A stretch of DNA of 64,000 nt from Bugula neritina (Eukaryota; Animalia; Bryozoa), in the NCBI GenBank assembly GCA_964035545.1, contig OZ037766.1, positions 4,082,722-4,146,721 on the forward strand. The letters run 5' to 3'. Below the pieces are notes generated by a model. The model worked only from the letters and a program-made list of their open reading frames with translations, had not been told where the DNA came from and made no database searches. The position numbers were made by a program, and so were the translations under genes. Each line of letters opens with the position of its first letter. Position 1 is the stretch's first letter. Below are positions 1 through 14,267 of this stretch, piece by piece.

Positions 1-40
1 TCCAGTTACCAACACTTCATTCTACCAAATACAAGCTCAC

Positions 41-3000
41 TTCTAGGGCTTTGCTAGGGGCGGGCTCGCGCCGTATCTCTAAGCCATACATTCCTATTTT
101 GAAAGCCAGGTGATGATAGTTTACATTGTCGGTCAGCACAGTGCACATGAACGCTGCCTTCGCTGGAGGGGTTTGACTGAAGTTGGTGTTGAGTGACCCC
201 TGCGACTGTCTTTTCCCTGCAAAAGAGAAGCAATACTTAGCCGTCTACATGTCAACCTCTACTAATATCTGTAATAAGTTCTAAGTTGGTAAACTTTTAG
301 ATAACTGCAATGGTAAAATTATGGGAGGCCTTCGCTGAACCCATTGTATGTACCTGTGTTCCCTGCAATATGTTCCCCCTCCTCTCCCATCATGTTGAGA
401 GCCAGTTTGGATGCCAGTTCACAGGCTTGTTTACTGTGACCATGAGCGTACAGGGCCTCTGCTCTCGCAAACAGTATCTAAAATCATTTAACAACTCAAC
501 AACATATGTCCATTTAAAGTGGATTCTGAACTCACACTTTCAGCATTTATTAAATAAACTAAAATATCAATTTATACAATACAAAGTACACACATCTAGC
601 ATTTTACACGCCAACTGACCTCTTTCTTATCTTCAAGCTGCCGTATACCAGCGAAATAGTTTGGTTCGTCTATGCTGCCGTCTAGGTTAGTCAGAGAAGG
701 CAGGTTAACTCGGAGGAGACTGGCGTCGTACTGGTAGAGAGTTTGCAGATCCTCGCCGGCACCGTCTTCCAGTGCAGAAGCAGCACCTTCTGCTGCCGGG
801 GAGATGGGTGCTGCCGCAGCAGAGCCGTGATTGGGAGAGAAACTTTCATTGTGTATGGTGGGAGAGTTGCTGCACTCGGGACTGGTGGTTTGGGCACCGG
901 CAGGAACGACAACTCCAACTCTGGGAGAAGTGTCGGCTGTGGAGAGTGCCGGCATCTCAAGGTCGCTGTCGTCATCGGCAGCCGCTTTGTTCAACTTTGA
1001 GAAAATATGACAAGTTTATTACTTCTAAACAAAGATGATAGGACAGCAGAATATACAGCAAGCGTACAGAATGCCTGGTGTCATTACAATTTATCATTCT
1101 TTCAAAAGTATTATAAATTATTGAATACTATCACGTGTGAAATTAAACCCGCTTATATCAAACTATTCATATTAGCATAATTTATACACAGCACAAGAAG
1201 TAGTTTCATAACGAAATCAATTGCTAACCGATAGAGAAAACTCACAAGTTCAGAGTGGAAATAACTCACGAGTTCAGAGTGGAGATAACTCACGATTCAG
1301 AGTGGAGATAACTTATGAGTTCAGAATGGAAGCAACTGATGAGTTTAAGAGTAGAAACAACTTACGAGTTTAGAGTGGAGGTAACTCACTCACCTTGATC
1401 CCTTCGTCACTGGAGTCAGAGTCCCTGTCCGTCCTCTCTGTCTCGGTGTGAACTCTCCTTGAAGGTCTTCTCGGCTCCTGGTCACAGAAACCTTCCGAGC
1501 CGGAGCTGTCATCCTGACGTCCACCTGCTGCTGCCTGTAGTGCGGCAGCGGCTGGAAGTCGTAAACTGGCTTCATCTGCTGCAAAGGAGTACTTGCTGCC
1601 ATCAACCTGTAACAGATGCTGTGATGTTACCTGGTGGAATGCACAGTGGGGGGGGGAAAGATGGAGACCAGATATTGATTAATGAATGGTAAATAAAACT
1701 TCACTTTCAATGTATTTTCGTTAACTTTACATTAGTTTTGAGTGTCACAAAAAACTTTTTTCTTGTTTCATAAACATTCTTAGTTTACAATAACAGCAGG
1801 AATAGCAGCTAATAATATGTTTTATAGCATAAAAAACTATATTGATACTATAGCAGAGAAAACTCTGAATAAAAAGTAATCTGATACAATATGATATACC
1901 TTTTCTCTTTACCAAATAACATCACCTTACTTTATAGTTGGTAATAATATGACCTCACTTACTTTATAGTTAGTAATAATACGACCTCACTTACTATATA
2001 GTTAGTAATAATATCACCTCACTTACTTTATAGTTAGTGATTGGAGAAACTTTGCTGGCAGCGCAGCAGCTGTCACTAGTGAGGCAGGTTTGTCCAGGAA
2101 CCACTGAGGCCTTCTGGTATACGGTGTAGGACACCTCACTGTAAGTGATCCCCTCTATGCTGTAGTCGGTCCAGTCTATGTAAGTAGCCTCAAGAGCCGG
2201 CTTAAACCCTGGGAACAGCTCAATGTCGCCTTTCTTACTCGAGTTATTGCACTTTGCATTCCTCACCTTCAAACATACCAACAGGTGGTACAGGTTTTAG
2301 ATCTTAAGTACTGCTGGGTGAGAACACGCAAAATACCATAAGGCGTGCTGCATGAATTACATGCATTACTTTTTTAGTAATTCAAGCAATTGTTAAATGT
2401 AAACATTGTTTTTCCGTCAGGCTTAGATAAGTTTACATTACATTACCTTTTTAGAAAATTGAGTAATTGTTAAATTATATAAACATTTTTTTGTGGACAC
2501 AACTCTAATCAACTTACAAAGTAACCTTATTTAAATCCCTAACCTTGTCCAGAGTCATAATGTGCCAAGTCTCTAGCTGTGATCTCAAGTCATCGCGTTG
2601 GGGTGGTGACAGAGTAGGGTTGAGAGCCACCAACCTCCAGAGTGTCACGATTTCTTCACACAGGCTAGACGCAGCATTCTGAGCAGAGTTAGAGTTGTTC
2701 CCCCCTGCTTTACTCAGAGACACACTATTGTGAGCCGAAGAGATTTTTGTCACGAACCACCACACGAGCAGCTGTAACACAGATAAATTACTTAAGTTTA
2801 GTCTAGTTGCCAAAAAATCCTTCATATTGTTAAACTGATACATTACTTTCCAAAACTAGATTTAGGCCAAAAAATGCTTCCTTCACATAAATTGATTGAC
2901 AAACAAACAAACTCCAGATAAATAAATAATTTATTTTATGGACTGGAAACTAGCACAATGTGCAGATTTCTTCTCTTTACGAACGAAGAGACATTCTTTT

Positions 3001-6000
3001 CTACTGCAGTTCTAGAGGAAGTAGAGGGCAGCACAAGTATGGCATGACTGAAACTCAACTCAACTCAGTGACAGCAAGAGTTTACCTGCTCACACTGCAG
3101 CATCTCATCAGTCAGGATCTCCAGGAGAGGAACAGCATTGCTGTCTTTCCTCTGTAGCAGCTCTCTCACTATCGACAGCAGGTTCCATATACCTTCCGGC
3201 TCTCTCCCTCTCAGTGGACGCAGTAGACTCTGCCACTCGGCAGCAGCCGGAGGGGCACTCGACGAGAGACAGTTGAGATCACTAGAAACATCACCACTGC
3301 ATGTTACACCTACATATATTACTGCATATTACACCTTACCTGTATACTGCTGCATATTACCCCCTACCTGTATACTGCTGTATATTACACCTTACCTGTA
3401 TACTACTGTATATTACACCTTACCTGTAAACTGCTGCATATTACACCTTACCTGTATACTACTGTATATTACACCTTACCTGTAAACTGCTGCATACTAC
3501 ACCTTACCTGTATACTGCTGTATATTACACTTTACCTGTATATTACACCATACCTGTATACTGCTGTATATTACACCATACCTGTATACTGCTGCATATT
3601 ACACTTTACCTATATACTGCTGCATATTACATCTTACCTGTATACTGCTGCATATTACACCTTACCTGTATATTACACCTCACTTTCACGTTACACTTTA
3701 CCTGTATACTACTGGAGAAGGAACACAGAACTTGACCAATGTCTTCTTGATATTCTCATGGAGTATTCTCTGGTCCATATACCAGGCAGCGTGAGTGTCA
3801 CCATCTGGTCCAGCCGTGGGGTCTGCAGCAGAAACCAACACAATTAGCTATATCTATATCTAGCACATCTATTACAATATATATCTATATAATACACATC
3901 TATATCTATACAATACAGAAACCAACACATTTAGCTATATCTAGCACATCTATTACAATATCTATCTATACAACACACATCCATATTTATACAATGCACA
4001 TCTATATCTATACAACACACATATACAACACACATCTATGTCTATAGAACACACATATATACAATACACATATCTATCTATACAATAGTTCCATGAGATG
4101 ACCAAAAACCTAGACTTTAAAACATCTAGTTAAAACTTTGGTCTAACTTGCACTGGCTACAAGGGCATCTTGTGTACAAACATAAGAACATATGATCCAA
4201 ACAGATAAGGCTTTTTTAGAGGGCAGAAGCTAAAATATAGCTGTACACTAAGCAGTTGGGCTACCAAGAATGTGTTTTTATGATGAACTGAAACAAGCTG
4301 TTAGGGTTATTCATAACACTATCAACACAGCCAGAGTGAAACAAAGGGTTATCTGGGAATAATGATTAGTTCAACAGACATAGCCTAAATTTCTAAGAGG
4401 AATGGATTAATTGAAGACAAAGAAGATAAACAAAGAACCCACTACGTTATGAATACTGCTACCCCACTGGCACTATTAATAATAGAGCAGTTAATCGCAG
4501 GGTTATTGCACTTCGGGGCAAAGATCTTATCATATTGCAATAGCAAGTAGGGGGACTGATAACTGCACGTGCTACACGGAGATTATGATAATAGCGGAGT
4601 AGTAACAAAGGAGTGTTGAGCTAGTGATATCACCACCGATAGTGATTCAGGGTTGGACCACAGAGCCCGGGCAAACAACAGTTGACTGTCACGTCATCAA
4701 TTACAAGTGGTTAGAGAAGCAATGACCTGTGTGGGTGCACAGTACTGCAGTAAACACGCTGTAAATAAGCTTGAATCAGATGTGGAAATCACTGGCAATC
4801 AACAACCTGTTGGCAATTAGTTTCAAAGTATCCTCAGTGCTCAAAAGTAAATCACAATTTTAGATACAGAATTGAAAAGTTCCAAAGCTGCCCTCCTTTT
4901 AAATTCAGTAACAAAGCCAATTTGATTATTTACTTTCTTTCCTTAGTACTCAGTTAAACCAACAACAATTACTTAAAACCATATTAATAGAAAGTATTAT
5001 TGAATTATAAGGATTGTATCATTATTTGTATTTACAAAAAAAAGTCTGTAATGTGATTGTTTCGCATAGACAAGTTTCTCTGTAGGACTCAAAATTTATC
5101 AATAAAGAATATGAAATTTATTAATCACATTAAGGCTCAACACAAAGCCCCCTAGATACCGGAAGGGCCACACCAACAGGATGCAGTAATAAACTGACCT
5201 GGAGCCCCATCCAGCTTGTTGATGGCCGTAGGGGTGGGTGACAGCAGCTCATCAAGCAGTCTCTGAGCTGTCGGCAGCACCTGCCGGTCATGCAGCTCCT
5301 GTATGAGATACTGAGCAAACTTCTGCAACTGAGATCTGTCCAGTCTGCCCAGACTCTCCGAGATTGGAGCTCGCAGCTTCACCTGGTTTGCCTGAAACGG
5401 GAAACAGATTTGACATGGTGGTGGGGTAGAAGTAGAGATCTATTTCACACTCTGCTGATCTGTACTGGTTGAGTGACAAGTGAATAGAAGTGTTTATTGT
5501 TAGTACCAATGACTGTATACATGAGCACAGATAAGCTTACAAGATAGGCTTACCATACTATATACTCTTTACACAAGTTGACATTTAGATATCACTGAGA
5601 TATCATAAAAGATATCTCCAAGCCTATGCTATGCATACTTTACACAACTTCATAATATCATTAATACATTGTTTAGATCTTCCACTAGTTGCCATAGCAA
5701 CACCATGTAACACAATATAGTTTGAGAACTTACCTGATGAACTCTGTGCAGACAAAGAGCTACAATATGCTGACACCAAGCTGACTGTTCACAGGTGCAG
5801 CTGTTGGCCGTTATTCTCTGCCTGTCAAACACCACCCCTGTTTTAAATCCGTCCCTTAGATGTACTGGAGTAATAGCAGTCTGTGGGGGGCAGAGCACAC
5901 CACTGAGATGGAAACCTGTGGTGGAATAATCCAATGTAATATAAGTTCTAATAGATAGAGCATAAACAGAGCAAGAGTGAGTACAGTTGTAATATAGACG

Positions 6001-7249
6001 TACCAATTTGGATAGCATCTTTCACAGAGTTATTCTTGTATAGCACTTCGCCCTTCACAAACTCATCTGGACTACCATTGGCCAGACATGAGTATAACCT
6101 ACAGTCATACATCAGAAGAGGTTAAAGAGTGGCAGGTACTGAGTCTACATAACATGAACCCAGGTAAGAGTCTATTTGCACTACACTCATACCAGAAACA
6201 TACACACCAAACCCTTGACTGTAGCTTAGAGTTCAAAATTTACCTAATATCTTCTTCGCTGTCAGGAAAGCTCCAAAATGCTATCTTCAGTTGTAAATCT
6301 TCTGGAATTGGTAAATGGTAGCTCTCCACGACAGCAAATGGTATATTGGCAGCGACTGCCCTGGCAGACAAGTCAATGAGACTGCTGACACATCCTACAA
6401 GCAGAACCCAAAAAATCATAAATTGCATATCAGATCATAGGGCTACAAATCTTTGCCCCCCCCCTCAAAGCATCACACCACTAGTTACCAATATTTTAAA
6501 GGTGACTTATAGATATAAACTATCACTCACAATCTTGTGCAGAGTCACAAGAAGTAGATTTATTGATCAAATATAAAGCAACAGACTTCCAGCTGTTCTG
6601 ATAAACAATCTGAGAACATTTACATCACTCAGCTGACAAGTCAACACCTTTACTGCAATAATCTATTTGCCTGAATTATCCATCATACTTGCTAACCCAT
6701 GCTTTATTCTAGGTTATTACCAGGTTTCATGTGATACAGTAACTCTGCCAATATATCTGTTAATTATATGTTTGGTGGTTTTCTAACTGCCATAGAAAGC
6801 AAATGCAGCAGCAGCAACTTTGGGTAGCATTCACAAGTATGTGAATATTTTACTCATAAGTTTCGCACAATCCCTTGGTTTTAAGCAATTATTAAAACTC
6901 TCATGCAACATTAGCCATCTTTTCTTACTATACTGTACGTTTCGTTTACCGTTTGTCTTATTTGAAGTTGCTTGATTTACTAAGCTGTGTTTGGAATTCT
7001 TCCACGTCCAGCCACGCCAGACATTGAAAAGGCTCTCTGGATCACTGATCCATGAGCAATTCGACTCTTCATCAAACCCATCACTGTCGAATGAATATCT
7101 TTCATTTTCGCCTGAAACACAAGTACCAAGCCCATTTAGTTTTGTAGATTTCTAGATTTCTAGTTTTCAGTTCCATTAGTTTCGATTCAGGAAGCAATAA
7201 CCATTCTCTAAATTGACTCACCTCCAAGATCGTAGAAGAAATTATCCAT
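41..7249 (-). CDS. ZSWIM8: Zinc finger SWIM domain-containing protein 8 (5' portion; gene continues off the left edge)
   Basis: Spliced exons include 7222-7249 (ATG, MDNFFYDLG), 6950-7111 (ERYSFDSDGFDEESNCSWISDPESLFNVWRGW), 6244-6394 (IPEDLQLKIAFWSFPDSEEDIR), 6004-6098 (LYSCLANGSPDEF), 5734-5915 (SWIM finger CTCEQSAWCQHIVALCL), 5199-5391, 3702-3822, ~3086-3281 (AAAEWQSLLRPLRGREPEGIWNLLSIVRE), ~2543-2771 (LCEEIVTLWRLVALNP), 2027-2266 (ELFPGFKPALEA), and further exons down to 41-216. Peptides match ZSWIM8/EBAX-1 motifs. Confidence 0.93.
1240..1392. repeat. ~24-bp intronic tandem repeat (AACTCACGAGTTCAGAGTGGAGAT)n next to a ZSWIM8 splice donor
   Basis: About 6 degenerate copies; several carry GTGAGT/GTAAGT on the minus strand. 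Confidence 0.85.
1926..2037. repeat. 32-bp tandem repeat duplicating a ZSWIM8 exon end and donor
   Basis: CTTAC (GTAAG on minus) recurs at 1926, 1958, 1990 and 2022. Confidence 0.85.
3305..3715. repeat. ~28-bp tandem repeat (TTACACCTTACCTGTATACTGCTGCATA)n filling a ZSWIM8 intron
   Basis: Many copies; on the minus strand the unit is the exon end GTATACAG plus the donor GTAAGG. Confidence 0.9.
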
Positions 7250-8199
7250 CGATAGGAAACCACAAAGTAGGAGGAGTTACCATGCAGCACCTCAAGCGTA
7301 AGTCACGCCCACAAACTTCCCGTTAGTCTTTCCAGGGTCACTGATATGCTTCCAGCTTCAAGTTGAACAGTAGCCCATAACTAGCATTCAAATTTAGCTG
7401 AAATATACAAAGCTACCCTGATTATACCTTTTATATAGATATAGGATATAAAGCGCGGCCATTATTGCTAATGACTGTACAGACTAATAGAGATAACGAC
7501 CAGTATAGGAATGTATGCGCATGCTATAGTACAGAGCATTACTGAGTGCTGTAGCTGTTAAACTCATTAACAGTGCATAGCCTCTGCTGTTTGTTGTTTT
7601 CAAATGAAAACTGCCGAATCAAAACATACACCAAACATGGAATGAACGCAGTCCTTGACATTGTAGAGTAGAATATCATCGTAATACCTGGCAATTCAAC
7701 TAAATCATTACATTGAACTTACAAAGTGATTACACATATACAAATATTATTATTACTATCTCTATAATTAAGCATAGCAATTATTATATGCATACTTTGG
7801 TTATAAGGAAAGCAAGATCAGCAACAGCTCAATGAAGTCTGATCAACGAAGATTTTACCAAAAGAAGAGGAAAACTTTAAAATAAACCGTGTCCTACATT
7901 GCTCATTGGATGTATCACTGGTGATAATGTTGACTGACACTTAAGACATCACCAAAAATCCTTTGTTCTATTTCTACAGTAACAGTGTGCACAACACTAT
8001 ATTGGCTAGAAAGTCTCTTACAGAGCAAATTGAATTTTAAACTTTAGTGACTAATATTTTATATAAACTACAGGGTGATAACACATTACATTGAAACTGC
8101 ATAGTTTGTTTTATTGCAAACTTGGAAGTAACTTTTCTTCAAAGTATGTAAACAATGTAACTAGAAGACAATCAAATCAAGTAAAAGTAACTGTTGAGT

Positions 8200-9660
8200 C
8201 TCAGACTGAGGAGGTATAGCAGTAGGCAAAATATCATAACAATTAGTATAAGCACGACTCAGTCTCAGGATGAGTATAAGCATAACTATAGTCTACAATT
8301 ATAGGCACAAGATTGAGTTCCTAGGACTTACTGCTACCTATAATTTGTGATACAGTATGAATATCAATATAACTACTACTATAAGTATCACCTTCAAGTT
8401 CAGTTATAGTCTAAAAGTAAGTCTTAAAGTTAAAGCAAGAAAATACTATAAGTAAATATAATAGCAATAGCAATACTAATAGTAATACTAATTGCATAAA
8501 TAACAGACTATTACTAAAATACTAGCTCTAAGTTATATGGTAAGTAAAAATTTTAGGTATGAGTATTACATCTATTAGTGTTAGACTACTAGTATTACTA
8601 CTAGACTATTGTATTATGTTATGATACTAACATTGAATTTGATTATCATTATTATCCCCATCATAAATATTTATCACTAAATTAAAATAAAAGTCTGCCA
8701 TAAACAATATGGAAAAGTACAGCTAATACTATTAGTTTAATCTAACATAATTTGCTATTAGTATAAGTTAACTATAATTATAAGTATAATAAGAATGGAA
8801 TAGCTAGAAGTATAACTATAAGTATAGGATTGGGTATAACTGAGTAACTAATAGTAATACCTATACTAATACTATAACTATAAGAGTTAATAAGTATAGG
8901 TATAACATTAACTATAACATTAAGTTTAGCCATAAAATGATTCAATAATAATAATAATATAAATATCAAAACACAACTTGAAGTTGAATTACATAGCAAT
9001 ATCATTATAATAATCAGAATTAGATAGTGATACTGATAGCCAAAGCCATAGTCAATCAATATCATTGAGTCAATGTCATAGTGACACTGATGCAATTTTA
9101 AATTCAAATACAATCGCAATGAACTATCACTATGAAGTTGTAGTTAATACTTAATAGGCAATGTAATTTTTAATGTCATACTTCAACTGTAAGTTTAACT
9201 TGTACTTTTACTTAGTTATACTTATAGTTTAAGTTTAACTTCAAGTTATACTTAATTTTATAGTTTTAGTTTAATGTTTGTACTTACTCTTAGTCTTACT
9301 CTTATACTAATAGTAATACTAATACTATAGCAGCACTAATAGTAATACTTATACTTACTTAATCTTATAGTTATAGTTATAGTCATAGTTAAACTTAATC
9401 ATAATGTTATAGACTTGGAGTTAGAGTTATTGTTAATGTTAAACTTAATGTTATAGTAATACTAATAGTTATACTTATATTTGATCTTATAGTAATAGTT
9501 ATACTTGCCCTTGGACTTGGTGACTTAAAGTTAAAGTTAATCTTTAATGATAATTGTAATAGTTAATGTTATACTTGAACTTGAAGTTATAGTGACTAAT
9601 TTACTAATACTAATACTAATAGTAAAACTAAATGTAATAGCAATTCACAGTAATTGTTCA
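8200..9660. repeat. Cryptic AT-rich, 3/6-bp periodic low-complexity array between ZSWIM8 and RPS14
   Basis: Hexamer-phased words (AGTATA, TAGTAA, CTTATA, AAGTTA); inverted 18-mer match between 8911-8928 and 9440-9457. Boundaries approximate. Confidence 0.55.
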
Positions 9661-9921
9661 CTTGCAGAGTTTAAAATATAAACACTGTCATAAATTGCAA
9701 GCTCTTTGGTAACTAAAGCTTATTTGTCGGCCAATAGCTCTCTAGTTGTAGTTCTACGTCAACTACTACTAGCAGTAGCGACTAATCTAAACGATGCGCA
9801 TTCTACTACCAGTACTAGTAACACTAAATAGATATTCATATTGTCATTGTGATAATAAAATATATTATATACAATGCTACAGCTGATCGATCTCGCACTT
9901 TACGTTACCATGCGCGAGAGA

Positions 9922-9953
9922 CTTTCTTTTCGAAACTTCCGTTGGCTGTGTAT
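9922..9953 (+). promoter_or_regulatory. RPS14 non-coding first exon with 5'TOP pyrimidine tract
   Basis: CTTTCTTTTC start followed by donor GTGAGT at 9954; typical of ribosomal protein genes. Confidence 0.7.
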
Positions 9954-10627
9954 GTGAGTTATTTTATATTGTATTTTTAATTTAGTTGCATCTTTTTGTG
10001 TATAAATGCTAATGAAAATTTTACATCTAATAATAAAGCTACAGAATCTAAAATTTCTTTTCGATTATTACTTTGCTTTAAATATTTTATGTTTCTATAA
10101 ATGCTATTGATTGCAAATTGCTGTTTGGAAATTATCTGTAGTAATGTAATTTTACCTTCCACTCGGTGATGTTTTTAATAATGGTATTTATTTACTCACT
10201 GTGACTGTTACGTGTTGCATCCTCTAAATTCCTTGCTCTTTGCAGGTTTTTTTCTGTTGTGTTTAAAGAAAATAAACTGATATCTGATGAAATCGCTTAT
10301 GTTTAGTTTATAAATATCTTGAAGTTAATCTGCAAGACTAAGTCGCATTGAAATTGTAGTAATTAAGTAAAATAAAATTGAAACAATATTTATATTCACA
10401 TTGATATTTGGCTTGTCAGTATCGTTAATCAAATTGAAAATGAATATGATCAACTCGTTCTTATTATAATTATGTGATTAGCATAACTCTTACTACTATT
10501 GTAATTGACTTATACTATTACTTGTAGTTGTACTAATTTTATGCTTACAGTTAAGGTTACAGTGAATGTAGCTAATTACTTTCAATATTCATATTGCATT
10601 TATAAAATTTGGGTTGCAGGAGTAAAC

Positions 10628-11822
<1,195 letters not shown>

Positions 11823-12340
11823 CGAGAGTCACAAATTCACCATCAGTTATTTTGTTACATGAGAATGTTTACTGTCACAATGTTCTAGTGTTGTCAATAC
11901 AATCTTTTCTGCAACACTATTATTTGCTTCTTGATGATGCTCCAAGTTTGTTGAATGAAAAATTAAGTAGAATTTTAAAATAATGGCATGGCTCCTAAAC
12001 AAGTCCTGTTTCTAATTCTAATTCATCAACATAAGTTTCAATGCCTCGTCCTTCTTGCCTGTAGTTGCCTCATTGGTAAGTCTTTATTCTATTAATATTA
12101 TAGTGCATTGTTAGTTGTGGGTTTACATGTGTTCCATCAATCCAGCTCATTTTAATTGTTGTTGCATAGTTTCATGCTATGTTCTTTCCGCAGCTAATCC
12201 GATGGAGCTTGTCATAAACTGCTGGTTTCTAAATGCGAAAGGTAGTAACTTCCTTTGATGGACTTTAACAAAACGTGAACCGAAAGGCTTTTCGTCAGGT
12301 TGGTAGGCTTTGGTTTAGTCTTATTTACTCAGGTTCTGCT

Positions 12341-12414
12341 ATCTAATGATGATAATCCGCTTGTCTGTTACATGATGTGGAGAATTTATTATATTTGCAC
12401 GTCAGTCTGAAGAT
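12341..12414 (+). ncRNA. C/D box snoRNA, second copy of the snR72-like LSU guide
   Basis: ATGATGA 12346-12352, guide ATTTGCACGTCAG, CTGA 12407-12410, stem ATCT/AGAT; close paralog of 10813-10886. Confidence 0.82.
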
Positions 12415-13235
12415 TAATGAATTCTCTTCTTTTTTTTATAACCTCTTGAGAGTTTGTGTGTTCATGTATTTTGGTTATTTTTCAGAAAAGTTGAAGAGTA
12501 TTCTGAAAGGCATAGTCTACGCGGTCATTGGCTGCTGAACACAAAGGTATTTACAGTTACCATCAAAGTTTCTAATATAAACTTTCACAGCATTCAAAAT
12601 GTGATATAAATGGGAACTTGTAGTGTTAAAAATTTGTCATGTGTTTTACCCTTCATTTAAATCAGTCCGATGAATCGGTTCATAATCTCCATACTTTGCA
12701 CGTAAATTAATATTAGTATCAATTCAATTACACAGTATGTTGTCTACCAACAATCTCCATGGGGTGCTGCGTGAGTTTAGATACATCCAGTTAGGAGAAT
12801 TATTTCTTCTGTCATTTTCACATCCATAAACCACCAGCTTACTTCCCACGAACTAGTCAATTTCACTCTTGTTTAATTTGTAAACTATCTACATACTCTC
12901 TCAGCATCTGCACTGGAATAGCTTTATGTATTACATTCTACTAGTTGTTAAACTGAGAGTTACTTGTGTTCACACAGGTGTGCCTACAAGTTGTATCTGC
13001 AAGAAAGTCGGATAGTCGCCTACATTAACTACTGAAGGACTTGCTGGGAAGCTCTTGTTTCACCAACCCTAAAGGTACCAAATTTATGTCTTCCAATATT
13101 TTAAAAGTTTAACGCTGGTAATCATCGGGCATGTTCTGGCTATGGCATTGGTTTTCCCTATTTGTTGCACAAATTGTATCTTAATACACAAGATACTTAA
13201 TAAACAGGGAGCATAAACAATATTTATCTCGCAAT

Positions 13236-13325
13236 ATCTGCTATGATGTAAATATATATCTGTAGACTTGTTACATTTGCTCGTAGCAAGTTGCTGTCAG
13301 TTACTCTAAGAAGCACTGAGTAGAT
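13236..13325 (+). ncRNA. SNORD61: C/D box snoRNA, third SNORD61/U61-like copy (variant C box)
   Basis: ATGATGT 13243-13249, guide CTCTAAGAAG, CTGA 13316-13319, stem ATCTGCT/AGTAGAT. Confidence 0.65.
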
Positions 13326-14267
13326 GAAATAATTTTCAGCTCACTCAGCCTGATTATAATTCGAACTAATGTTGACATTTTTCTCCTTTTTTGTAGATGA
13401 TGGCTCAGCAGAAGATGTTCATAATAGAAAGTTTTGTTATGTTTGTTGGAAGATTTTTCATGAATGCTCCAGTTGCCAGTGTTATTTGCTGTTTTATCAA
13501 TAAAACATAATTTATATAAGAAAAGTTCTATCCAAGTGTGGACAATTGCAAAATTATAAAAACAAGTTTGCCATATTGTGCATTTAATTAGTATAAAAAA
13601 TATTGCACCAAGTATTACAAAGCATGCATGCATGCATTCTTTCAATTTGGTTGTTCATGTCATGAATTAGCTTCAGCATACAAAGAGTTGCCAGCAGCAT
13701 TGGCTAGAAAAACTGCAAGGTTTTCACTGTTGAAATAAAGATACCTTCATAAGCATAATGTGGTAGAAAATATGCATTGTGATGTTACGGTGTACACAAT
13801 AAGTTAACTAAAATTATGTTGGTGAGCGTATGACAACTCTAAAACTTCGTGGCAATAAATGCAGCACCTGGATGTTCTGATACTACACAGTTATATTATA
13901 TATATAATTATATAGACATTGTACACATGAATGGTTTGATATATTGTTTATTACAAAGTATAATTACATAGATTTTCATAAATATCAGCAGGCATTATTC
14001 TTTGCATCATATATGTACAATTATAAATTGGTTTGTGTATAATAAATTATTAAATACTCCTGATATGAGATGAAACTGTATTATACTAGCATATCAAAAA
14101 CATGCAAGTGCAAAGCTTTGCATTCTAACGTAGAAAAGTTTAGTAAAACTATGGCGCCTCTTAAATATTAATTGAGTTTACTTGCATTGCATTTGTATTT
14201 TATAAAATCAGTTATGAATACGCTTGACACAAAAATACATAATTTCATAGCTAAACTTTCAAAGCAA

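Larger units (their letters stand above)
12045..13510 (+). ncRNA. Putative spliced non-coding snoRNA host transcript, resembling a decayed RPS14 duplicate
   Basis: Chain of canonical splice sites: donor 12076; exons 12194-12298, 12486-12546, 12978-13074, 13397 onward; AATAAA at 13499. Two introns contain snoRNAs; no ORF seen. Confidence 0.55.

Noticed and set aside
12665-12710. Possible further snoRNA (CGATGA...TTTGCACGT) in the host intron
   Set aside because: Partial guide match only, with no D box or terminal stem.
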